A DNA stretch of 64,000 bases from Azolla caroliniana. Taxonomy: Eukaryota; Plantae; Polypodiophyta. The stretch is taken from the NCBI GenBank assembly GCA_043228905.1, contig JBHGNT010000004.1:10974001-11038000 (forward strand). The letters are read 5' to 3'. How positions within the stretch are numbered: position 1 is the first letter of the stretch; every line of letters begins with the position of its first letter. The notes beneath the pieces were generated by a model. That model did not search any database. It saw nothing but the letters and a program-made list of their open reading frames with translations, and had not been told where the DNA came from. Positions 11,330 through 23,814 of this stretch are shown here, piece by piece. Position numbers and translations under genes: made by a program.

Positions 11330-14276
11330 AGATTCACACGACACCGGGGGGTCAGACTTCCGAATAACCGAACTGGAATGGAGGAGGAAGCAGGCGTACG
11401 AAGAGGCTGGGAACACGGTACGGAGGTACCATGGGAGAGGGTGTGGAGCGAGCTACCCTCTCGACTTGCGGAGAAGGACGACCCGGGATAAGGTCGGGAA
11501 AGACGGGAGGCCCAAGAAGGATCCTCCACACCGAATCTAGAGACTTCGGTGGTCGGCATTGGGAGCCGACGTAAAACCAAGACACTGACGGTGGCAGTGA
11601 GGGGACGAGGGTAACAACAATAGTGGAAGGCAAGCAGGATCCTACGAGAGGACCAGAAGAGCGGAAAGAGGTATAAGGATGGCGATGTAGCCACAGACCA
11701 AAACCGGACTCGATTGGCCAGGTTAGAAGGACGAAGATTGGACGCGCTTGGTACACGAGTCGGTTGCCTAATGGATCAGAGGCCCAAGAAGGATCCTCCA
11801 TGCCGGACTATAGACTTCAGCGGTCGGCAGTGGGAGTCGATGTAAGACCAAGAGACTAACTGTGGCGGCGAGGGGACGAAGGCGGTAGCAATAGAGGCAC
11901 CGAGCAACCAAGGCATCGTGAGGGCAATGGAGGCCAGGTGGGCCAAAATAGGCGAGGGTGATCCTTCGCGGGTGGCAACACGAGAAGCTTTTGATTATAC
12001 CCAAGATATGACATAGAAGTGCGGATGGGCGATCCTACGAAGATCCTCTCACTGATCCATAGATTCTGGCGGTCAGCCCGAGAGTCGTCGTGAGAAGGAC
12101 AGTGGCGGCAAGTGAACGGGATCTAGCAGAAGGGCCAAAAAGGAGTGGAAGGAGGTATCAGGCTGGTGACGCAGGACACGAACCGGATACGGACCTAGTC
12201 GGCAAGGTTGGAAGGATGAAGGAGGATGCGTGCGTGTAACACAGGTCGGTTACAAAGAAATTTTCGAAGAGGATTCGCCACACTTCTACCGGAGACCCTC
12301 GGTAGCTCAGTCGGGGTGGCGATGACTGGCGTGGCAAGCGTAAGACCAAGATGATAAGCAGGTGGGGGGAGCGGACGAAGGCAACGACACAGCCACAGAC
12401 CGGAACTGGACCCGATCGGCAAGGTCAAAAGGACGAAGATCGGGCAATTGGTGCACAGGACGATGGCTTAACATATCGGAGCCCGAGGAGGATCCTCCAC
12501 GCCGGACTAGAGACTTTGGCGGTCGGTAACAGGAGCTGACGTAAGACCAAGAGACTGATGATGGTGGCGAGGCGACGAAGGCGGTAGCTGCAGAGGCACT
12601 GAGCAACCAAGGTGTCGCGGGGACGACGGAGGCCAGGCAGGCTGAAACGGGCGAGGGTGATCCTTCGCGGGTAGCAACACGGGAAGCTACCAAGACACCC
12701 AAGCGGAGAACGGTGTGCCAAGCCGGAAAGGGCACACCCAGAAGTAGAACGAGAGACGTGCGTGTGGTCGTCGAGGGCAAGGTAAAGGCACGGGAGAGGG
12801 CCGATGTTTGGCACAGGCGGTGTCGAACGAGGAAGGAAGAAGATGGCATACGGAGGTGCCGGGACGAGGGTACGGGCGCGAAGATAGATTGCACGGGTCG
12901 GTGGCCTCAAGCAAAGAAGGCCAGAGAAGGATCCTCCACACCAGTTTTGGAGACCTCGGCAGTTCGGCTATCGTGGCAACATAAGACCGAGGAGAAGGGA
13001 GGTGGCGGCGAGGGAAAAAAGGCAATAGCGAACAACGGCACCGAATGAGTAATCAAGGCATCGCGAAGATTGGTGGAGGCCAAGCGGGCCACTACGGGTT
13101 GTTCCTCGGAAACGGAGGACATCAGGTATACGGGGAAGCGAGGAGCATGCGTACGGTTGATCAAGGGCCATAGGACGAGCACACGTACGAGAGAAGATCA
13201 CGACAAACGACCTGTCGACAGGTCGATTGAGCGTACAGAGAGGCAAGCGGGAGGAAGGAACCGGAGCCGACGGTTTGGATCGGCGGAGGCCAACACGGTA
13301 GCCTGGACGCCGATTACATAAGGCCGGTTGCTCACTACAACCAGAATCTCTCACCCTTCTTCAGATTTGGCTCGTACCAGTGGATGCGCGATTTGGTGGG
13401 GGCGGATGTCGTGGATATTCACGACCATAGTGAGAAAACCGGGGCTAATGGGAATATCGGTGGGGTGTGGTGTGAGCACTCACCCTTGTATAAATGTGTA
13501 AGATAATGGGGAGCTTTTATGGCACTGAATAGGAGTTAAGTTGAGATAGAGAATCCCATGTAATATAGGATTTATCCCACATTGTTACTCACCTCCCTCC
13601 TTGTGCTATAAAAGGAAGGGAGGGTCCCTTGTAAAAAGGTTGCCCATTTTGAGTTAAGAGGGTATACCACTTAGTTCCAAGGTATGGTAGCTTTCTCCTT
13701 TACTTACTTCTTACTTCTTTAGGGTTTCGTCTAGGTCTTCTTCTTCTTCGTCGTCATGTGGGTTGAGTCGTTGTGTCTGTTTAGACCTTAGTCTGGCTTA
13801 AGGTCGGAGTTGTATTTCTTTGTCTTGTACGAATATATATAACTTTTGTGTGTGTTTTCTGTGCAAAGCGTTGGTGTTTGGTTCGGTGTTTGATAATGGA
13901 CACCGAGATCGTGACTTATGTAATATAGCTTAGACCGAAGGAAATAGATAGCAGAGTGATTCGTACAAAGAGTTCCCTAACGAAACTTTATATTACTAAA
14001 TACAACGATAGATTTTTACAATGCCTTCGGTTCCTTTTATAGGTAACCTGAAGGTCTTTTCTCATCAAGAAATCCTACTGCCTATAATGATCAAGAATTA
14101 CAAAACTTCGTAACTAACTATATCTTATTCGGCTATCTGCTCAGTCATCGATCCAAACTGTCGATCCGACTCCGACTCCGAACTTCCTTCCGACTCCAAC
14201 GCATCCATACTTGTCCGGGTAACACTTGGCACGCCCATGGGCTAGGACGTTGTCCGACGATCCCATAGTAACCCCT

Positions 14277-17021
14277 TCACTCCTGTTGCTCTGGGGGAAG
14301 ATCTTCCTCCAACTCCAAATCATTGTCTGCGTCGTGCTGCAGAATGTCGAACAATGAGGGTTCCTCTTCTTGTGGTGTTACGCTGACATCGTCTTCGTCT
14401 TCATCTTCGGTGTCCTCCCTGTCGTCGTTTTCCTCGTGTGCTTCTTCGGTCGATGGTCTTGGATCTGCTGAATTTGGTACTCTGAGTCCAGGTGTTTTGC
14501 TTACTCTTTCGGCTTCGATAATGTCTAACTCGACGGATGTGTCGACATCATGCTTGTCGAATTCCTGCATGATTCGGTTAACTTCTTCTCTGAAATAAGT
14601 TGCCATGTCGTATAGGTCTTTAGCAATATCTTCCTGAACCGTGGTCATTGCTTCCTCCCACATCTTGAGGAAGCCTTTGCCTTGAACTTTTCTATTTTCT
14701 CTGTCGGCTCGCAATAGCTGAAGCTCTGCAGCTTGCGCCGACCATGTTTGCCAACCCTTCTCCAGCGATTCATTGACCAATTTTAGGGTGTTAAGCCGAT
14801 GACGTCTTATGGTTGCTTGAACCCTGTCTTGAGTCATTCTTGCCTCAAACTGTGTTGTTGCCAATGTTCTTCGTAAATCAATGATTACCGCATTGGTATC
14901 GCCTTTGGCCTACGTAAGCTTGGCTTGTGCCACTAAGAGGTCAAGTTGCCTTTTCTCGGAGACCGTTTGAACTTCTCCACATCGGTTTTCCAACTTCTCT
15001 TTCTCCGCATTCCAGTCGTTCTACTGCTGAATAATTTTTCCGTTGATTTCTTCTATCAGTTTGTCTCTTCCAACCAATTGTGTTGTAAAACAAGTCTCTT
15101 GGCTGCTCACATACTCTTCCAATTCTTCGACTTGTTGCCTTGTAGTCTCTTGTTGTTGGGCTAACTATCGGTGTAAATCTTGTATCAAATTATCTTTTTC
15201 CTCTAAGCATTTGTCGGCCTCTGTTTTTGCCGACTGTAATCGATCCTCCATTTCTCTGGATCTGTCTTCGGCCTTTTCTTCCCTAACTTCCGATTCTCTT
15301 CGTGCTTTGTCAGCTTGTTCCAACTTCTGTTGTAGTTCTGAATCTAACTCCAAAAGTTGGCTTTCTGACTCTAGCTGTAATATCTGCTCTCTCGCTTTTT
15401 CTAGAGCTACTTGTGCTTCGCATAGTTTATCCTTCAACTGCTGATTTTATTCCTGCTTCCGTGTATTATGTGCATTAAGCACATCTGCTGCTACTGTTGC
15501 CCTTTTGTATAATTCAGCCATATCCTTGGCTACTCTGCTAGCCTTTTCATATTCCTTGTGGACTTTGACCAGTGCCTCATGTAGTGGTGGTATCTGGATG
15601 GCTTCACCTTTATTTTTAGCATTTCGTTGTCGACCAATTCTATCCACTTCTGCTTGCTCATTGGGTTCGACAGCTCCACATAATGACTTTTGGATGATTA
15701 TTTGATCCCGGTGCTCTTGTGCCATTCTTTCCGACACTTCTTGGATTCTTTTAGCTAACCATTCTACCAGTTCATATGATGTTCCGAACTGCAGAATGGC
15801 AACTAGCTCATGTGCTGCTGCCGGGATGTCGGAAAAACCAGGTGCCTCTTGCACCGTTGCCGTTGATACCTGCCCTTTTTCAATTCGTGACGTGTCATCA
15901 GGATTGACACAGGGTACTTGTGTGCTTTGGGCGGCTTGATTGTTGGTTCTCTATTTCTTCTGCGCAGGTTCTTCTTGCTCTGGTCTAGAATATCTTTGTA
16001 ACCGTTGTTTAACCCTGCGTTGCTTCGGTGGTTGCTGCTCTGTGTTGACTTGTGTTGATTACTGCTGTTGTGTTTGTTGCTCGTTTGTCGTCTCTCGTTG
16101 TTGCGTCCTCGGTGGTTGAAACTCCGGCTGTTGAGTAGCCGGTTGCTGGTCAGGTTTGGGTTGCGGTGTCGACTGTTGTTGTTCCGATTTTTGTTGTTGC
16201 CTTCGGTCTGATTGGTCAAATTCGGTCTGAGTGGTATCATCCTGCACCGATTCTTCTTCCCTCCACTCTTCCCGTTGGACTTGTTGTCGGGTTCAGCATG
16301 ACTGTACCTGAGGTGGCCTACGCACCTCTGATCGGTTTTCTGACTCTGTAGCCGGAAATAATACCGATAACCAATGAGCAAAAATCGGCTTCATTGGTTT
16401 TCCCTTCTGAACTCCGTAAAGTTTCTCTCTCAGAGCATCTGCCGATAGTAGCCCCCAATCGAAAGCTTCGCCTTCATAAGCGGTGATGATAAATCTGGCC
16501 CTCTTTTTGGGCATACAGTAGAATCTTGGACTAACAAACCCTACTTCCAATAAAAACCTTGCAACTTCATGAAAAAACACATCCCTACCTCCTTGTGTCT
16601 GATACGCTTTGGCGGAGGGCGAATACTCACCAAAATAGGACCGCAAACCATCTTCTGTGACCTTGTTGACAGCGTCGAACCCGTCTCTTGGCATCTCCAA
16701 CGCTGCTCTTACCTTTTTATTAGTGATCGTAGAGACATCAATTTCTTCCATCAGAGCTTCAACGTGCGGGTGCGGCTTTCCTTCTACGACTTTCAAGAAT
16801 CCTTGTAAATTATTGCGAACGAGCAAGTGGCGCAAGTTATTAGATACAGTAATCGGCATATTGTCTTCGTCGATTGACAGATCATCGCTTTGTGGTGGCG
16901 GTGAAGAATGTTGTGGGTTATGGCGGAGAAGAACAAAAAACATGTGAGCACGAATACGTTTCTGCTTCTGTAGTGAAACAGACATTAGAGAAATAGGTTT
17001 TAAGGAATTAAGTCTTTGCAT
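14277..17021 (-). pseudogene. Extra ORF of element A: conserved globular domain, Gln-rich linker, coiled coil, acidic tail; frameshifted
   Basis: ORF pieces 16293-17021, 16059-16247, 15447-15854, 15165-15437 and 14277-14864. Motif YFGEYS...KAYQTQGG...TAYEG..FDW is shared with elements B and C. Confidence 0.75.
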
Positions 17022-18840
17022 GATGCCTAGGGAATAAAACTACGATTAATGTAAGTAATGACTAGGTGTACTAGTGGAGTAATAGCTAGAAATAGCAATA
17101 ATGACCAATAGAAGCATGCCTCCACTACTTCTTACTTATAGCCTTCTTAAATCATTCCAAGATTCCCCTTTTTTACAGTTAGTTATGATTTGGCAAGAAA
17201 TTTTTCTATAGTTAGTTAAAAATAAAAAATAAAAAAATGTTGCCACGTTACGTTTCTTCCAATTAAGCCGGAAACCATTGACCCATTTCGGCAAAATCTC
17301 AGTTGATAAGGTTCCTAGTTGATACGTACCATTTTTATTGTTCACGATCCAAAATGGTCCTATCCATTTGTACCAAAGTTTACCTGGCATAGCCCCCATC
17401 CTGGTCTGGAAAACAAGTACTGGTTTCCCGATTCCGAATTGAGTTTCGTTCTTTCATCGGTGTCGATTTACAAATGCCGTCGTTTGCCTCTGCTTGTGCT
17501 CCAAAGCTGACATAGCTTGTATTCGGTCTTCTTCTAACAACAATAAAGATTCCTTCCGAATTTGCTCCGATTGTAGTTCATTTAATTTTTCAGTTGCTTG
17601 TATTCGGAGTGTCGGAATCTGAAATTCGATTGGCATAACTGCCTCCAATCCGAAAGCCATTCGAAAGGGTGTTGATTTAATAGATGTTTTGTACGACGTG
17701 CGATATGCCCATAAAGCACTATGCAACTTTTGATCCCAGTCTGTGCGATTCTCATTTACTATCTTTTTGAGTATCGTCTAGAGGGTTTTGTTTGTCGACT
17801 CTGCCAATCCATTCGCTTGTGGATAGTACGACGTGCTTTTCTTATGAACCACTGCATAGTATGTACACAATTCATGAACAAGTTTGTTAATGAAATGCGT
17901 ACCTTGATCGCTCACTAATTCTATTGGGCAGCCGAATCTACACCATATACTTTCGTACAAAATTTTTGTTGTTAAAGCTGCCGTATTATCCCTAAGAGCT
18001 TTAGCTTCTACCCACTTTGTGCAGTAGTCAATGGCAACTATAATGTATCGATTGCCTGTTCTTACTGCTGCCGGTTTGAATGGGCCTACAAAATCCAAAC
18101 CCCATTTCTGGAAAGGTTCAAGAGGTAACACAAGTTGAAACGACATCCTGTCCTTTTCTGTCGGTTGTCCCATACGTTGGCATAAATCACATTTCCGACA
18201 ATATTGGACTGCATCCTTCATCACTATCGGCCACCATAAGCCACTATTCCATATTTTTCTGCCTATGGTTTCTCCAACATAGTGCCCTCCTGCAATTCCA
18301 CAGTGTGATTCCCGAAGAATGACCGATTTTTCGAATTGTCGTACTGCTCTTTTCCAAATACCATCTACTCCTTTATGATACAAAGTGTCGTTCAAAAGAC
18401 AAAAATTACGATTTCGTACCGCCAACCTTTTCCTTTCGTCTTCCGATAGATGTTTGGGCGGTATCCCTGTTGTAAGAAAGATTGTCATCTCTTAGATCCA
18501 AACATCCTCACTTTCTTCATTTATCTCCTATGCATTTACTGCTTCCACTCGAAAAAGTTGGGCATCTGGAAAATCATCTTTGACACCTGTGCCTTCTTCT
18601 CCTAACTCCAGTCGACTAAGATAATCAACCACTGCATGATGTATTCCTGGCCGATGTAAAATGTCGAATTCTTATTCTTGGAGTACAAGAGTCCATCTGT
18701 TATGACGACATACATTTTGGCCTTATAAGGATTCGAGCCCAAGACGTCTTGGTCTATATGTTAGACCTTTAACCATTATACTAACATATATGATGTATAG
18801 TTATAATAAATCTATTATTAGTTATTACAAGATATTTAGA

Positions 18841-19060
18841 GTATTCTAGAACATTCTAGAGTATTCCAGAACATTCTAGAGTATTCCAGAACAATCTAGA
18901 GTATTCTAGAACATTCTAGAGTATTCCAGAACAATCTAGAGTATTCTAGAACATTCTAGAGTATTCCAGAACAATCTAGAGTATTCTAGAACATTCTAGG
19001 ATATTCCATGATTATATTAAATATCATAAATATCTAAAATATTCTAGAACATTCTAGAAT
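18841..19060. promoter_or_regulatory. Array of heat-shock-element-like 10/20-bp repeats in U3 (shorter copy at ~23950-24070)
   Basis: GTATTCTAGAACATTCTAGA repeats give in-phase nTTCn/nGAAn units upstream of TATAAA at 19075. Confidence 0.7.
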
Positions 19061-19282
19061 ACTCCATAAGGACCTATAAATAGGTGTCTATTCATTCATC
19101 ACAACTCATTCGGTTCAACACCAGTTTGTAGCCCCTTAGCCTACTCTTTGTAATCCTTGCTCTCTTATAATATAAACTCTCTTTCCATTTCTAGTGTTCT
19201 TCCTCTCTCTCTCTCTCTCTCTCTCCCTCTACCTTCTACTGTCATCTTATTTTTCTCTCTCCTATTCTCAAGTCACGACAGT

Positions 19283-19293
19283 TTGAACCGAAT
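19283..19293 (+). promoter_or_regulatory. Self-priming PBS
   Basis: TTGAACCGAAT is the exact reverse complement of ATTCGGTTCAA at 19108-19118, which starts 33 nt after the TATA box start. Confidence 0.85.
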
Positions 19294-19374
19294 CTATCTC
19301 TTTTCTTCTTCTCCAACTTCTTCTTCTTATCTTAACCTTATTCAACCAAATCTAGCAGTTTTCTATCGCAACTA

Positions 19375-22300
19375 TGGAGTCCGTCAACAAGCAAGAATAT
19401 ATGCGTGTTCTCTCTGAGCTCGAAATGCTAACAACCAAATCAAAGATTGCTGGGAGACCTACAACAAGTAAGTGCTGAGAAAGTACAACAATATGAAGAA
19501 TTATCTCAACGGGTGCATCAATTGGAGACTACTCTATTGCAACGACAAGCGGCGGAAGTTCAAACCTCGCCGAAAGAACCCAAGATTAGTCTGCCAGCCA
19601 AGTTTGATGGTACAAGGTCTCAATTTCGTGGATTTTTAAATCAGGTACGACTTGTGATTAAATTGCATCCTAGCCATTACCCAACTGATGTTGCTCGTGT
19701 GGGTCTAGTTGGTACCTTGTTAATGGGTACCGCATTAGCGTGGTTTGCACCACTCCTAGAGAAGCACTCACCATTATTAGAAGATTTTGAAGGGTTTATT
19801 AATGAGTTCCAAGCCAACTTTGGAGACACTGATAGTATGAGGACTGCAATAAACAAAATTCGGCGATTACGACAAGGAGATCGTCCTGCTTCCGCTTATG
19901 CTGCAGATTTTTGCCTTCTTGCATGTGATATTCCATGGGACGAGGCGGCATTAATGGACAAATTTCGTCAAGGTCTGCGCAATGATGTGAAGGATTTACT
20001 TCTTACCTTCCATGATGATCCAAAATCTCTTACTGAAGCAGTAAGCCGGGCCGTGCGATGTGACAATCGCTTATTCTGAGCGGCGTTCATGACAATCCCA
20101 TCTCAATTTCTGCCCCGCCTTCTCGTAACCCAAGTAGGCCTAGTAGTCCCTGTCATAAAAATACATTTGATGTCTTGAGCCAATTAGATGATGTGTTAAA
20201 CGAGTAAGTTCGGACAAAATCGGAGCCATTTGGTTGGACAACCCTAGGCATGTAACGTCCGTCCCTAGTTGTGGTTCCATTTCATCCGGTCAAGTTAGTC
20301 GAGTTTTCTCTACACAAGTTGAGCTTAACACATCTAGGTGCCATCGAGTCCCAGCTTCTGCCCTCTTAGACTCTGGAGCCAACTCTTGTTTCATGGATCG
20401 TGAGTTTGTTGTAATGCATAATATTCAGTTGCATAAGCTCCCAAGCCCAGTGTCAGTTGGAGTCATTGATGGACGCCCCATAGCATCAGGTGATATAGTT
20501 GAAGAGTCTGAACCAATTTATGTAGTCCTAGGCAATTTGGCTAGTGTCATCTCATTCAACATCATTAGTAGTCCAGAGCACTCCCTAGTTCTTGGTCTTC
20601 CATGGTTTGAGCTACATAACCCAACTATTGATTGGAGAAAAAGAACCATTGAAGAAGTCACAATACAGTCTGAGCCTCTTAAAACTCCAACAAAGGATAT
20701 GACATTCCAAAAGATTTCGACAATCTCTATACATCAATTACGTGAGGAAGGACTGAGGGAAGACATGTTGGTGTTCGCAATTTTAGCAACTCCCACATCG
20801 AGCTCACAAGAATCAGGGGTCCAACTACCGAAGAAATATATACAATTCTCCGATGTTTTTGATAAGGTGAAGGCCAATAAACTACCAGAGCATCGACCAT
20901 ATGATTGCCCGATTGATTTGCAAACTGGAAAAGAGCCTCCATGGGGGCCAATTTATAACCTTTCACCCACGGAGTTAGAGGTTCTTCGGCAATATATCGA
21001 TGAGAACTTGGCGAATGGGTTTATCCAGCATTCAAGATCTCCTTCCGGCGCACCCATATTTTTCGTTAAGAAGAAAGATGGTTCACTTCGTCTGGTCGTG
21101 GATTATCGAGGATTGAATAAAGTAACTATTCGAAACCGATATGCTCTACCATTGATTTCGAGCCTTTTGGAACGCCTCAATGGAGCTAAGTATTTCACAA
21201 AGTTAGACCTTCGAGGTGCTTACAATCTTGTTCAAATTCATCCTGGGGATGAATGGAAGACTGCTTTTCGTACTCGCTATGGCCATTTTGAGTATACAGT
21301 GATGCCATTTGGTCTCACGAATGCACCAACAGTTTTCCAACATACGACGAATGACATTTTTTGAGATTTCCTCGATATTTTCGTCATAATTTACCTAGAT
21401 GATATCTTGATCTTCTCAAAAACTCAAGAGGATCATGATATACACGTTCGACAAGCTTTGCAATGGTTGCGTGAATATGGTCTCTATGCAAAATTGGAGA
21501 AGTGTAGTTTTGACCAGCGTCAAGTGGAATTTTTGGGGTACATAGTCTCTTCACATGGCATCTCTATGGATCCACCAAAGGTTCAAACAGTTTTGGATTC
21601 GCAAACACCACAGTCTGTGCGAGATGTACAATGTTTTTTAGGGTTCACAAACTTTTATCGCAAGTTCATCAAAGATTATTCAAAGATCGTATTGCCCCTC
21701 ACTCAACTGACATAGAAGAATCAACCATTTGTGTGGAGTATAAATGCAAACTTTGCATTTGAAGGATTAAAGCAAGCATTTACATCCGCACCAATTTTGA
21801 TGCATGTTGATCCATTGAAGTGCTTTATACTGGAAGCTGATGCATCTGACTTCGCACTAGGAAGCGTATTATCCCAGATTAGCAATGATGGCCAACTACA
21901 CCCTGTGGCTTTTCATTCACGGAAATTTGAAGCTGCAGAAATCAACTATGAGATTCACGACAAAGAGCTTCTTGCCATTGTGGATTCTTTTCAACAATGG
22001 CATCATTGTTTGGAGGGTTCGTCTCAACAAATCATTGTCTATAATGATCACAAAAATCTAATGTACTTCCAAAGTGCTCAAGTCTTGAGTCATCGACAAG
22101 CTCGTTGGGCGCAGTTTTTAACTCGTTTTGATTTCGTAATTCTATATCACCCTAGGACGCAACAAGGCAAAGCAGATGCATTATCTCGACGTTCATATAT
22201 GGAACTTCAACCAGGAGAGGCCGCATTTGAAAGTCAGAAGCAAATCCTCTTGGGTCTTGACCGTCTACGACTAATGGCTTTTCATGCTATAGACACACCC

Positions 22301-23814
22301 GAGGATTCAAGTCTTCTAGACTCCATTTGGGAGCATATTGAGACTGATGAATTCGCCCAAGATATTCTGAACCATATTATCCCAGATCGTGCTTCTTGTT
22401 CACAATCTCAAAATCCTCGTCAAGACTACAACCAGTTCAATTGGCATGATGGTTTACTTTTTCGACAAAATCTCTTATATGTGCCTGATGGTCCTTCTCG
22501 ACTCCAAGTCTTGCAACAATGTCATGATACACCAATGGCTAGACATTTTGGCATCCACAAGACTTTGGCATTAATTTCTCGAAGGTATTGGTGGCCATGA
22601 CTTCGCCATTTTGTTACGGATTATGTTCGTAGTTGTGATACATGTTGCTGATCCAAAAAACCTCGACATCATCCATATGGCCTATTACAACCAATGCCTA
22701 TTCTCGAGAGTCCATGGAAATCTATTTCATTGGACTTCATTACGGATCTACCACCTTCCAAGGGTTTTGATTCTATTCTCACGGTAGTAGATCATTTTAC
22801 CAAGTTGGCACATTTTCTTCCCTGCACAAAGGCCATTACGAGCCAAGAGACAACTGAGTTACTCATGCGAGAGGTGTTTCGGCATCATGATCTTCCTGAT
22901 GATATTATCAGTGATCGGGGTTTCTAGTTCATCTCAAAATTTTGGCGGCACATGTTCAAACTCTTACATACTTCTTGCAAACTCTCTTCTGGCTACCATC
23001 CAAAAACTAACGGACAAAGTGAGCGCACCAACCAAATAGTAGAACAATATCTTCGTTGTTTTGTCAACTATCAACAAGATGAATTGGTTGATCTATTAAA
23101 TTTGGCGGAATTTGCTTACAACAACTCAGAACATTCTTCTACTGGATATTCCCCATTTTTTGCAAACATTGGGTACCATCCTCGTTGGACTATGCTTGAA
23201 CATCCCGAACTCCTAACAAACCCGACTGCTGAAGATCGGCTCACCCGACTCCAAGAAGTTCAAGATATCCTTTTGCACCATTTATGTGATGCTCAAAACA
23301 CTCAAAAGAAGGTTGCCGACCGTCATCGACGTGATTCATCAACTACGTTTCAAATGGGGGATCGAGTATGGCTTTTACAAGGTCGCATTAAAACAACCCG
23401 ACCTCGCTGCAAATTGGATTATCAACGTTTTGGCCCATATGTGATATCTGGCTTGATCTTCCCCCTCATATGCATCTTCACCCGGTCTTCCATGTTTCAC
23501 TTTTGGAGCCGTATACAACCAGCTCTATTCCAGGCCATCTTACATCTCCCCCACCTCCAATCGAAGTTTCGGATGGCTCTGAATATGAAGTTGCTGCCAT
23601 TCTCGACTCCAAGATCGTTCGCAACAAACTGTATTATTTGGTTGACTGGTTAGGTTATACACCTAATGATCGAACATGGGAACCTCTTGAGAATCTTGCT
23701 AATGCCTCCGAAATGGTTGCTGCATTTCACAACAAATATCCTCATAAGCCAAGTCCGAAATCTTGTCTTCCGACTCGTGGAACTCGTTGTCGAAAAGGGA
23801 GGATAATGTTATGA
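19375..23814 (+). pseudogene. Chromovirus gag and pol (PR-RT-RH-INT-chromodomain) with stops and frameshifts
   Basis: gag PAKFDGTRSQFRGF; PR LLDSGA; [11 protein letters not shown] and YLDD; RH EADASDFALG; INT ISLDFITDLP; chromodomain EYEVAAILDS...YLVDWLGY...TWEP. Confidence 0.93.

Larger units (their letters stand above)
9930..13100. repeat. Degenerate GC-rich, purine-skewed repeat array (~8 copies) in the 3' part of element D
   Basis: Motif GAAGGATCCTCCACACCG..TAGAGACTTCGGCGGTCGGCA..GACGTAAGACCAAGA.ACTGA recurs near 9932, 10074, 11516, 11788, 12040, 12268, 12488 and 12926, with variable spacing. Confidence 0.75.

Noticed and set aside
12555-12590. Hammerhead ribozyme core (CTGATGA...GAA) in an array unit
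   Set aside because: No GAAA, no convincing stems, and the CTGATGA box is not conserved in the other units.
9930-13100. CRISPR-like repeat-spacer array
   Set aside because: Repeats are long and degenerate, spacing is irregular, the spacers are related to each other, and there are no cas genes in this eukaryotic context.
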